Shown here: piece after piece, positions 1 to 11,850 of the stretch | Layout: the number at the start of each line of letters is the position of its first letter | Position numbering within the stretch: position 1 is the stretch's first letter | NCBI RefSeq assembly: GCF_044704955.1 | Contig: NC_091999.1 | Coordinates: 50,468,001-50,532,000 of the forward strand | Length of the DNA: 64,000 nucleotides | Direction: 5' to 3' | DNA from: Pristiophorus japonicus | Taxonomy: Eukaryota | Position numbers and translations under genes: made by a program | The notes under the pieces: model-generated | Seen by the model: the letters and a program-made list of their open reading frames with translations, nothing else | Told to the model about the DNA's origin: nothing | Databases searched by the model: none

Positions 1-1233
1 CCTGTCTAACCCCGTCAGAATTTTAAATGTTTCCATGAGGTCCCCTCTCATTCTTCTGAACTCCAGTGAATACAAGCCCAGTTGATCCAGTCTTTCTTGA
101 TAGGACAGTCCCGCCATCCCGGGAATCAGTCTGGTGAACCTTCGCTGCACTCCCTCAATAGCAAGAATGTCCTTCCTCAGGTTAGGAGACCAAAACTGTA
201 CACAATACTCCAGGTGTGGCCTCACCAATGCCCTGTACAACTGTAGCAACACCTCCCTGCCCCTGTAATCAAATCCCCTTGCTATGAAGGCCAAGATGCC
301 ATTTGCTTTCTTAACCGCCTGCTGCACCTGCATGCCAACCTTCAATGACTGATGTACCATGACACCCTGGTCTCTTTGCACCTGCCCTTTTCCTAATCTG
401 TCACCATTCAGATAATAGTCTGTCTCTCTGTTTTTACCACCAAAGTGGATAACCTCACATTTATCCACATTATACTTCATCTGCCATGCATTTGCCCACT
501 CACCTAACCTATCCAAGTCGCTCTGCAGCCTCACAGCATCCTCCTCGCAGCTCACACTGCCACCCAACTTAGTGATATCCGCAAATTTGGAGATACTACA
601 TTTAATCCCCTCATCTAAATCATTAATGTACAGTGTAAACAGCTGGGGCCCCAGCAAAGAACCTTGCGGTACCCCACTAGTCACTGCCTGCCATTCTGAA
701 AAGTACCCATTTACTCCTACTCTTTGCTTCCTGTCTGACAACCAGTTCTCAATCCATGTCAGTACATTACCCCCAATCCCATGTGCTCTAACTTTGCACA
801 TCAATCTCTTGTGTGGGACCTTGTCGAACGCCTTCTGAAAGTCCAAATATACCACATCAACTGGTTTTCCCTTATCCACTCTACTGGAAACATCCTCAAA
901 AAATTTCAGAAGATTTGTCAAGCATGATTTCCCTTTCACAAATCCATGCTGACTTGGACCTATCATGTCACCTCTTTCCAAATGCACTGCTATGATATCC
1001 TTAATAATTGATTCCATCATTTTACCCACTTCCGATATCAGGCTGACCGGTCTATAATTCCCTGTTTTCTCTCTCCCTCCTTTTTTAAAAAGTGGGGTTA
1101 CATTGGCTACCCTCCACTCCATAGGAACTGATCCAGAGTAAATGGAATGTTGGTAAATGACTGTCAACGCATCCACTATTTCCAAGGCCACCTCCTTAAG
1201 TACTCTGGGATGCAGTCCATCAGGCCCTGGGGA
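1..1233 (-). mobile_element. CR1-type LINE ORF2 fragment (reverse transcriptase region), running off the window start
   Basis: The minus strand reads SPGPDGLHPRVLKE...KAFDKV...GVPQGSLLGP...FADITK...RPHLEYCVQFWSP...LYSLEFRRMRGDL, all typical CR1 ORF2 motifs. Confidence 0.9.
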
Positions 1234-1614
1234 ATGTAAAGATTGCAGTTGCGACTGTGTTTGCTGACAGACATTTCGATGTATCACATGGTCGAGACCG
1301 TGGCTGTGACTGTATCAAAACCTAATGTGCAGCGTCAGGAAAACATTGTGCCAATTTGGAACAGTAATAGGAGGGCAGACCTTCCAATGATGAAGTTTCT
1401 TCTTGAGAACTTAACTTTGGTATTTTTTGCCCAGGAGCGCACACTTTAATAGGTTTAAAGTCCATGTTAAGAAAATACACAAAGGAATTTATTACACATT
1501 TGTTCGTGTTCCTTTGTGAACTTTACTGACCTGACGATTTGCCAGATCATTTTGCATTATCCTTTGATTTCCACAGGGTTAAAATGGAGAAGGAAGTGGC
1601 CTCGTGTCAGACCG

Positions 1615-2050
1615 AGAGATTAAATCTTGAGTAGAGTGGGCCTATATTCTCTGGAGTTTAGAGGAATTAGGTGATCCCATTGAAACGGGGACAATTTTAA
1701 CAGGGCTTGGCAGCGTCGATGATAAGAGGATGATTACCCGCGCTGGAAATTCTAGGACTAGGGGTGATAGACCCAGCATAACTGGTCGGCCATTTAGGAC
1801 GGAGATGAGGAGGGATTACTTACTCAGAGGATGGTGAATATTTGAAATTTTTATCTTCCCGGGGGCTGCGGAGGCTCAGTCGTTGTATATTCGAGGCAGA
1901 GCTCAATAGACTTTTGGGCTCAAAACGAATATGGGAATGGGAAGTGGAGATGATGTACTAGTTCAGCCATGACCTTATTGACCAGCAAATGAGGCTGGAA
2001 GGGCCACATGACCTACACCTGCACATATTTCTTACGTTCTTATGTTCTTA
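1615..2050 (+). mobile_element. decayed CR1 3' end
   Basis: It has GLYSLEFR-like coding, a CR1-type 3' UTR and a terminal (TTCTTATG)-type tail at ~2028-2050. Confidence 0.7.
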
Positions 2051-2240
2051 AGGGGAAAATAGTCACGGACGAAGGGGACAGTCTTGAAGGGAGCGGTAGT
2101 GCAAAGCTGGCAATAGCGAATCGGCTGCACATTTTACAAGGCCGACAAAGACCAATGTCATGACAGAATGTCAGGCCGAAGAAAAGAAAGACACCAATAT
2201 ATAATCCGAGTAGTAATTGAAGCCGACTCTTAAAGCTTTT

Positions 2241-3148
2241 CTAGTTTACTAAATTTACAATTCGATTGCAAAAATATTTTGCCGCATGCTTTAACTTCTC
2301 CCTAAATTTTTTCTGTGTCACTGTATAAATACACGTGTTGGTGCAGCAACTTCGGAGCTGGAGCATGTTTCTACTTTCCTGGCGAATGAAATTGGGTTCA
2401 TTGAAATTGGAACCTGCGAAATAAGATCCGTTTGTAATTTTCACATACAAGAAATCTACAACATACGTCATCCATAACAGGATTAAACTGCCCGAGACGG
2501 TGAAGAGTAAAATGATGGACTTTCTCCGGCTTTCCATCTCTGGGTCACTCTCGTTCTTTCCATTGATGTGGGTCCGGAGCCTCCTGCGGGCTCTGTTGGC
2601 TGCTACAATGTGTCTGACGGTCAGAGCATTCAGCAGCAAGATCAGGAAGAATGGGAGGCCTGTATTGAAAAGACGAGCAAACCAATCATACGCTATCCAC
2701 ACGAGTGAAGTGTAGAAGGTTGATTTAATATTTCAAAACTACGGGAACTTGTTGATTATATAGAGCGGTTCGTATATAAAGTATCAAGGAACGCTTTTTA
2801 AACAGCTCATTAAACAGACCGTTCCTATAACCACAGCCGCTGTTTTCTCGGTGCAATAATTTGTTTTCAGCTTCTGGCAACAAATGGCTACAAATCGATC
2901 AAAGGTGAAAGCGACCGTTAACCAGACCGAACTCTCCGTGGCTGCATAAATTACCACAGGACTAAGAGTACACGCCGGGGTCAGGGACAAAAAACTACCT
3001 GGAAAATAAATGCCACAAATCCGATTGAATATCACAGCTGTGATAATGACCAGAAGATCCGTCACCGCTATGGACACAAGGTACCGAGTGGTACATCTGG
3101 AGAGACCGCACCTTCCTTGGGACAGGATCACAATTGCCACTAAATTAA
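2241..3148 (-). pseudogene. GPR139/GPR142-like class A GPCR, main coding exon, pseudogene
   Basis: A phase-1 splice acceptor (ctttcttcttagtctcag|TT AAT) sits at 3149. Translation gives NLVAIVILSQGRCGLSRC...WLTVAFTFDRFVAIC...ESRRKSIILLF...CCTNTCIY. Three in-frame stops (2784-86, 2739-41, 2733-35) join the two ORF-track pieces in one frame. Confidence 0.85.
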
Positions 3149-3813
3149 CTGAGACTAAGAAGAAAGTTAACATTGGGAAGCTACCAGTCAAAGTCTCAGC
3201 AAACACATAAGTGTGACAGTTATTCTGTGACATTTTGAGACTTCATCCAACCACAGCAGAACACCGTTTACAAAAGATACCCCAAAAATTATTAGTGCGT
3301 TTCCAGTGTCACCTGTATCTCGACATTTTTCCCGATAATTAGTTGTCAACTGTAGGATACAGTATAATGTAACAGGAAAGTAACTTAAAATACAATCGTC
3401 AGTATTAATAAGTTGGTATTATGAGAATCTATTATTTGATAGAGCCGACCACGGTTTAGATGAGACCATTGGGATACTACAAGAGAATACTCAGTAAGCA
3501 GGAGGATTCATGTTAATGCAATTTAAGGAGCATCAAAGGGTATGTGTAAGATTTCTCGCTTGTTTGGAGCTAACACGCCTCCAAACTGTTCTCGATTTTG
3601 TTGACTTCTGATCTTTATAACCAAACAAACTCTATATATTCTACATAAACACAACTATAACCCCTGCGAGACTGGAGTGTCTATGGTGCCACATTTCCAT
3701 TTACAGGTGATGTGGCACATGACAACAGAAACACGACATGAGAATAATCACAGAATTGATAGGTTCAGAGCGACTGATCTCACATCTAGGTGCATTAATC
3801 GGCGAAAGCTCAC

Positions 3814-5597
3814 GGAGCGAAATTGCCCTGCACCCTGATTGGGGTGGTAACCAGCTGGGGTTGGGACATCCTGCGCCCAGTATGGAAGTCCCGCCCCGGT
3901 TGCAGAATTTGGCTTATTGCCGCTCAAATGAAGTGGAGTGCAAACTCGCGCGTTCCACTTATTTTAGTGGCGGTACCAGCTGCGCTAACAGGGTGAGTAG
4001 TGCAGTGCTACACAGATGCTCCACATAACGCTGCTGCGGTTTAATGCCCCTACCCTTCGCCTAAAGGGGAGGGCCTCTGTGCACTTTTCACGCCTCTGGT
4101 GGTCTCCACTAAACAACCAGGACTGCGTGGTACCGGCCCTGCAGCCCGGCACCCAAAAGAGAATAACGGGCTCCACGATGGTGGCTAGGACCATGAGAAC
4201 ATAAGAACATAAAAAATAGGAACAGAAGTAGGTTATACGGCCCCTCGAGCCTGCATTGTCATTCAATAAGTTCATGGCTCATCTGATGATGGACTCAACT
4301 CCACATCCCCACCCGCTCCCCATAACCCCTTAGCCCCTTATCGTTTAAGAAACTGTCTATTTCTGACTTACAATTATTCACTATCCCAGCTTCCACAGCT
4401 CCCTGAGGCAGCGAAGTCCATAGATTTACAACCCTCTGAGAGAATAAATTCCTCCTCATCTTTGTTTTAAATGGGCGGCCCCTTATTCTAAGATCATACC
4501 CCCTAGTTCTAGTCTCCCCCATCAGTGGAAACAGTCTCTCTCCATGCATTTTGTCAAACACGATCATAATCTTATACGTTTCGATAAGATCACCTCTCCT
4601 TCTTTTGAACTCCATAGAATATAGGGCCAACCTTCTCAGCCTTTCCTCATAAATCAACTCCAGAATTCTCGGAAGCAACCTAGTGAAACTTCTCTGAACT
4701 GCCTGCAAAGCAATGATACCCTTGCGTATATATGGAAACCAAATCTGCACACAGTGTTCCAGGGGAGGCCTCACCAAAACGTTTTTATAGCTGTAGCAAG
4801 CCTTCCCTGTCTTTATACTCCATCCCCTTTGCAATAAAGCCCAAGATACCATTGGCCTTACTGATCACTTGCTGTACCTGCGTACTATCCTTTTGTATTT
4901 AATGTTCAATTACGCCCAGGTCCCGCAGTACTGCGGCACTTTGCAATCTTTTGCCATTCAAATAATGACTTGCTCTTTGATTTTTTTATGCCAAACTGTC
5001 TCACACTTTCGAACATTTTACTCCATCTGCCAAATTTTTTGCCCACTCACTTCGCAGTTCAATGTTCTTTTGCAGATTTTTTGTATCCCACTCACACATT
5101 TGTTTTCCTCTCATCTTTTTATCGTCAGCAAACGTGGCTACGTAACACTCAGTCCTTTCTTTCAAGTCATTAATATAGATTGTAAATAGTTGGGGTCCCA
5201 GCCTGATCCCTGCGGCACCCCACTAGTTACTGGTTGCCAACCAGAGAATGAACCATTCATCCCGACACTCTGTTCTCTGCTGGTTAGCCAATCCTCTTTA
5301 CATGTCACAACCAAGTGAACTTTATTTTGTGCAGTACCCTTTGACCATGCCAGAGGGGGACATGTAGTGCTAACCCGAGAGTTGTCAAAACGAGGAAGAT
5401 GATGTCGCCGGGCTCTGGCGACATTACCTTTAACTTCTTGCTGCAGCGCGCGCCAGCCTTGCGGGAAGCGTTCTCCAAATTCCCGTGCAATTTACCAGGA
5501 GCCAGGAGTGTCCCCCACCCCTTGCGAAAATTGTCTTTTGCCCCGTTGGCACCCCTGGAGGCACTAACGGGCCTCTAGAAATGGGCAATTTGGCCCC
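3814..5597. mobile_element. TIR-bounded non-autonomous DNA element (MITE, possibly Harbinger-related) interrupted by a CR1
   Basis: GGAGCGAAATTGCCC (3814-28) and GGGCAATTTGGCCCC (5583-97) are 13/15 inverted repeats, and the GC-rich body continues on both sides of the CR1. Confidence 0.55.
4196..5342 (-). mobile_element. 5'-truncated CR1 LINE with a 7-bp target-site duplication
   Basis: There is a (GAACATAA) tail at 4196 and the ORF2 C-terminus (VRPPLEHCVQIW...FSQRVVNLW). GACCATG flanks it at 4189-95 and 5343-49. Confidence 0.9.
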
Positions 5598-7914
5598 ATC
5601 AGTTATCCTTTTGCACTCCGTGCTGAGAATTATCCTGGGTTGATCCATAGTTCTTATAAACCGGTGGGTATCCTACTCGTAAGTGTAGAAGTATGACATA
5701 CTTGCATGTTCTGTCAATATTAATAAAGTAAAAAAGTTCGAGAATATGTGTGGTTATAGATTTTCGATATATATATGCAGATAGAGAAATGGGAGGGGGA
5801 ATGTGTGCGCGAATGCTCTGTTCAAGAGATGATGGATCATTATACTTTATCAAGAGTGTAGCATTGGCTGCGTTTCATTTCGATTTACTTCAATGTTTAA
5901 CACAAACAGCGATCATTATAATGGGCAAAGTCGATGAAAATAGATTGGTGTGCAAAAGGGGCTGGGATTGCCTGCGACACACTTTTTGCCTGGCAGCAAA
6001 AGTAGGAATTCACCCCAGTCCTACAATACTGATTCAGTATTATTATTCCTAGTTAAATAGAAACCGTTACTGAATTTGAGGAAAATAGTTGGTTGAAGAT
6101 TTGGCGATTTTTTATAGTGTAAAGTGAGCAGCTGTGTAACATCAAACTAAAGTGCTATAACGCCCTTTATGCTGGAATTGTGTAAGTAAATAGTTAGCAG
6201 TTTCTATTAATGTAATTAAATAAATTCGCACAAACATTTGCCAACATGTAAAAATGGAAAGTCACTTTCCTTTAGTCACCAAGAGCAAGCAAAAATATGT
6301 TTAGCATATTATTATTCAAGATTGCAATCGATAGATTTTTGCATATTGGAGGTATCAAGGGATATGGTGATAGTACGGGAAGGTCGAGTTGAAGTCGAAG
6401 ATCAGTGCTGTCCCTGTGATTTTGAAGCAATGGCCTCATTTACGCCAGGCCGGCAATTCGGGTCACCAAACGGGTGTCCCGATGCTGCTCCTGGGTTGAG
6501 ATCTCCCAATATCCGGACGCTACATGTCACGTGAATTTCCTGTTCATCACTCTTTCTATCTCAATTTTTTCTCAAAGATTTGTGTCACACTCAAGTAGAT
6601 GCGAACATATTTAAATGGAAATTTCATGCAGCTTATTCTTTTATATCAAATGTTCATCTATCACTAAAATATTATAGCTTCTCTTTGCAACTAAATATAA
6701 TATTTACAAGACAAAAACAACAAACTTATTTATAGTTTATTTAATTACGCGTGGCTACTAATGTACACTTTTTAAATAAATCTTAGCCAAAACTTGTTTT
6801 GTTCTACTGGCCTACGACTTGGCCCTGTGCCCAACGCTCACCCTAATGACCGTTTCAAGACCTGTTCCAGATTCCCCGATGAATGTCGACCCCTCTGACT
6901 CCCTCAACGTTCATTATGTCTTAAACACTGGTCCTATGATCCATGTTAAATTCTAATTCTGTCTACTCAGCCTTAACGATTTTCTTGTCAAAGCCATCAC
7001 TCCTCGGTTATCTAGCCCGGTTTTATGCTGAACGCGCAAGCAGCATGTCTTCCATCCCGTCTTCCTTGCTCATCCACTTCTGGCCATCAGGAGTGTCTCA
7101 GAATCGAGCATCGCGAAATTACCCATTAACACTAAGCAGCCATACCTGAACAACGTTCTATCCAGTAAATAAACTATTCACCTTATTTGATAGTGATACT
7201 GACTCTCTCAATTAATAATTATTGTATAAATTAAACATAATCACTTAAGTTAACTTACTCGATAAATGTAATCATTGATTGAATAATTGATTTAACAGCC
7301 TCACTTTTTAAAAATTCTATCCGATACATGTGATCGTTCTCGTCTGATATCTACATTGGTTTACAAATGTAGTCTGTATTCAGTTTATATTCAGTCTTTC
7401 ATTATCAGCAACGCAATCATTTCTGCTAGGAAACCCACTAGAAGCCGACGAAAGATCCGATTTAAAGGCCAAAATTAGCGCATTATGAGAAATAACAATC
7501 AAAAGTGGGTAACAAAAATGAACCAAAACCCTCTGAAATGAAACTGCAAATGTTGCAGCTCTGAAAATAAACCACTGAGATGGAAATGCACAACAACTCA
7601 ATCAGCATCTATAAAGAACACAGAAAGAACCTGGCTTCGGTTACAGGCCCTTCACCAGAAATGATAAATTCCTCACCAATGACCTACACATCAACCCTTA
7701 CATGTCGAATGTTCCTTACAACCGGGGACCCATCTGTTACTCATGTGCAACTTTTCAATGTTGTCTTTTCATGCACACTGTACGACAACGAAAATATTGA
7801 AGATTGCAATCCCCAATAATAGAAGCAACTAATTAAATGGGGATAAACCCCGAGATTTTATCTCTAGTGGAATAGAAAATAAAAGCCAAGAGATAATAAT
7901 GAAACTATATAATA

Positions 7915-8450
7915 CAAGAAATTGCATTTATATTGCGAATTTAACGTAGTAAAGCGTCCCAAGACGCTTCACAGGAGTATCATACTGAGCCAAATATACG
8001 GAACGATAACCAAATGCTTGATCAGAGAGATAGGTTTAAGGAGCGTCTTTCATGACGAGAGAGAGATAGCACGGTTCGAGAGAGAATTCCAAAGCTTAAC
8101 GACTAGGGAGCTGAAGGCATGGCCACCAATGGTGGAATGAAGAACATTGGGGACGGGGGATAGGCCAAAATTGAAGGAATGCATTCATGATCAAAGATGG
8201 TAGGGCTGAAGGAGGTTACAAAGTCTGGAGGTGTGGTGCAATGGAAGGATTTGGCCAACGGTGAGAACGTTCAAATCAAAGCGTTGTTCGACCAGGAACT
8301 CGTGTAGGTCAGCAAGCACAGGGCATGATGGATGAAACTGATGGTTGGAGTTAGTATACGGAAAGCATGGTTAACGAGATTTAGTTAAGAATACGGTATA
8401 AAGTATTGCAGTATAGGAAGGATAGTGAGGCAATAGAGAGAGAAAATCAC
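7915..8450 (-). mobile_element. decayed L2-like LINE/SINE 3' region
   Basis: It starts with ttgcatttatattgcg...cgtcccaagacgcttcacagg, resembling the reverse complement of L2-type tails. Heavily decayed. Confidence 0.4.
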
Positions 8451-8905
8451 GCGATGCTGATTGGCATGATGGTATACAAATATCAATAAATCTTCCAAAA
8501 TTGTTTTTTTATTGATTTGAACCCTAATTATGGGATGATGTGATAGAAATGTTTCAAATTATGAAAAGATAAGACAAGGGAGCGAGAAACAGACTGCTTG
8601 CATTGATTGAGATATGTAGAACGTGGAACACAAAAGGTCGATCCCAACTGAGCAGCTTGGTGTTGGTGCTGGAAATGAAAATCGACCAGCTTCCATAAGG
8701 ACAAGTGATCAGCGATGCCAGTTTTAGGTAATAGCTGCAAATTGCAATCCTACCTCAATATTGAAAGTCAGGGCCGAAGATATCATCTCAGGTGTTAGAC
8801 ACTGAATGTCAGGCACTGCGTATACCAGGCGATATATACACCTGGATATTGTAAATTGCCTCCGTCCTTAGCAACACGGGAATATAAAAATCAGAAGGAA
8901 CACTG

Positions 8906-9054
8906 GGGTGAAATTAGTGACGGGCTGTAGCGAATAGGCCACCTGTTATATGCTCAATCGTAATTTCTTCTCCTTCGATGTCAATGGGCAGATAACCGGG
9001 AGAATTGTAAAACTGTTAAGTGATTACCTCTACCATGAAAGACCAATTTCACCC
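8906..9054. mobile_element. ~150-bp MITE
   Basis: GGGTGAAATTAGT (8906-18) and ACCAATTTCACCC (9042-54) are 12/13 inverted repeats. Confidence 0.5.
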
Positions 9055-9414
9055 ATAATCATTTCAAGCAGGCACATCTTCACTTCAAGAGGTAGTGTAA
9101 AGCGGCTGATAATGAACCTGCAGCTCGTTTTATGGCCGCAATTTCGCCTACCTCAGTGGCTCCGTACAGGTTCCGATCTCGCTGCTGGCTCCAGCCAGTT
9201 ATGTCGATAAGATTATCCATTGATTAAGCTTGTTAAGCCCGCCCAGAGCATTGCTCGGGCGGTTTGAAGGAAGGGGGCCTGATGACGTCATTTGGAGACG
9301 CGTCATCAGACGGTTTCCTGAAAGGGTCCTTTTCGAAATTGAATTTAATAGTTGTGCTCTGAGTGTTCCACAGTATTGAATTGCTACAAACAGTGACACG
9401 CACTGCAGAAAGAT

Positions 9415-9600
9415 GCACGGCTTCACCCAGGCTCTCTTATGCAGCACAGAGAGACGTTTTCGTTACTTACTATGGGCAGGGGCGACCTCCCCAGGAATCC
9501 AAATCAACACGGTTGCACATTGCAGTGGAATCAAAGGCAGTGATATCGTCAGCAGGACCAGCCTGCAGTGGTGCAAATCTTTCCATGATCTAAGTGGATC
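9415..9600 (+). mobile_element. decayed Myb/SANT-like ORF, probably a PIF/Harbinger transposon relic
   Basis: The frameshifted translation SPRLSYAA..RDVF..GQGRPP...LHIAVE / SDIVSRTSLQWCKSFHDL resembles the Myb/SANT DNA-binding domain (..RTxxQCRKRFNDL). Confidence 0.45.
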
Positions 9601-10837
9601 ACAACCTTTATTGCAAAGCCATTCTCAACCTTATCCTGCTGTGCCACTCACCACAGCCCCATCACTTCCTGCACATTCTTACGCACATCAACTTTCCTTG
9701 CACATCCACCTATCCCTCTCTATCTACATTATAACTTCTCCATCTCGCTAGCCACGCCCCATACTCACCCTCATCCTGTTGCAATTATACCAACTAACAA
9801 CACACAAGGGTAGGCATGTGTAGTTTAGCCAATGATCATACAAGCTTTCTGTTAATGTGCTGTCAAACATTGACACCTTTAATTTCATCACTTTGTGTTC
9901 TTGGACAGATTTATGCGCATCTTCAGATGTGATGCTATGAGCTGTGTGAATGTTGAAACATAACGGTACCCCCCGCAATGGCAACTAGTGTGAAAGCTGT
10001 GGCTTGGGCACTGTAACGACGCTGTATGATGTTCTTTTGGAGTGGTGTCAAATGGCGCATTATGTGACAGGCAGGATGTACAGCGTCTGCTGAAGTAAAT
10101 CATGGTCAGGCCATCCTTCCCGTCCTGGTCAGCAATATGGCCGAGTTCTGATGCCCTCTCTCCTGTGCAGCATCAGTTGATTACGGAGAAGGATGTTGTT
10201 GTTGGTGCTGCTAGTGTTAATTGTGATTATGGTGCTGGCGCTAATCGTGATGGGATTCAGAGGAGCAAGGTGAGAAAGCTTAAATTGCCAAAGGCTAATG
10301 TAATACATGGCAAGTGACCTTGAGAGGACAGAAGTGATCTATCAATGGTGAGAGATTGTTCCGAATGTGAAACCTCCAATGAGAGATTGTTCCTAGGACG
10401 TGCAACGTCCACAAAGTTCAATGTGCCTCCCAAACCCAGTAAGCAAGACGTTTTAATCTTGAAATACAAACAGCTGTGAGATGGGAGTATTACAACATAT
10501 TTGTAGCTAACAGGTAAAGAAATGAATTCATGGTAACAGATCGCCCGATGTCCTGCTTCCCGAGCCGTGTGAATCTCATTGAAAACCTGGCAAAATGGGA
10601 AGTTCAGCTCAACATTATTTTTAATAAACTCTTAACAAGGTCACAATGACCTAAATTGCCTCGCCTGCTGCAGCGTGGCGGGTCTGCTGAGAGTTTACAG
10701 ACCGGACATCTGGGAAAGTAGCATGGTGCTCGGTCCCAACCCACTGTCAATGTTTTTATTTTGATAGCTGACTCTCCACCGATCCCGCCCTCTGAGCGCT
10801 GGGAAAACTCCAGCATCCCAATTTGTATTTCTATTGA

Positions 10838-11850
10838 AGTCACACAATACAAGGTGTACTAAAACAAAATAATGTGTCGGTAGACAATACAAGGTGTACT
10901 CACACAATATAAGCACTACTCACACAATACAAGGTGAAATCACACAATACAATGTATCCTCACAAAATACATGGTGTACTGACACAACAGAAGATGCATA
11001 AACTGACAATGCAAGTTGCAGTCACACATTACAATGGATTCTCACACAATACATGATGTACTCACACAATAGAAGCTGTACTCACACAATAGATAATATA
11101 TTCACACAATACAAGATGTACTCGCACAATATAAGATGTGCTAACACAATACAATGTCTACTTATACAATACAATGTGTACTCACCTGCTTTAAAGTGTA
11201 CTGCCACAATACAATATATATTCACACAATACAAGATGTACTCACACAATACAAGGTGTACTCACACAATACAAGATGTACTCTCACAATACAAGATGTA
11301 CTCGTTCAATAAAATGTGTACTCACACAATACAATGTGTACTCAAATATTCCAATTTATTCTCACACAATAAAACGTGAACTGGCAGATTACGGGATGTA
11401 CTCACACAATACAAGGTGTATTCACATAATGCAAAGTGTAATCACACAATACAAGCTGTACACTAACAATACAAGGGTAATCACATTACAAGTTGTAATC
11501 ACACAATACAAGGTGTAATCACACAATACAAGGTCTATTCACAATACAAGATGTAATCACACAATTCAAGGTGTATTCACAATACAAGGTGTAATCACAC
11601 AATACAAGGTGTAATCACACAATACAAGATGTATTCACACGATACAAGGTTTACTCACATGATACAAGGCATACGCACAAAATGCGAGGTGTACTCACAA
11701 AGTGCAAAGTGCTCACAAAATACAAAATGTACTCACGAAATACAAGGTTTACTCACACAGTACAACGTGTACGAACACAATTCAAGATGTACTCATGCAA
11801 CTCTGATTGTCCTCGCAAAATACAAGGTGTGTACACACAATACAATGTGT
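10838..11850. repeat. 20-bp minisatellite (ACTCACACAATACAAGGTGT)n, left part
   Basis: The tandem unit is directly visible, and the array resumes after the CR1 at ~15230. Confidence 0.9.
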
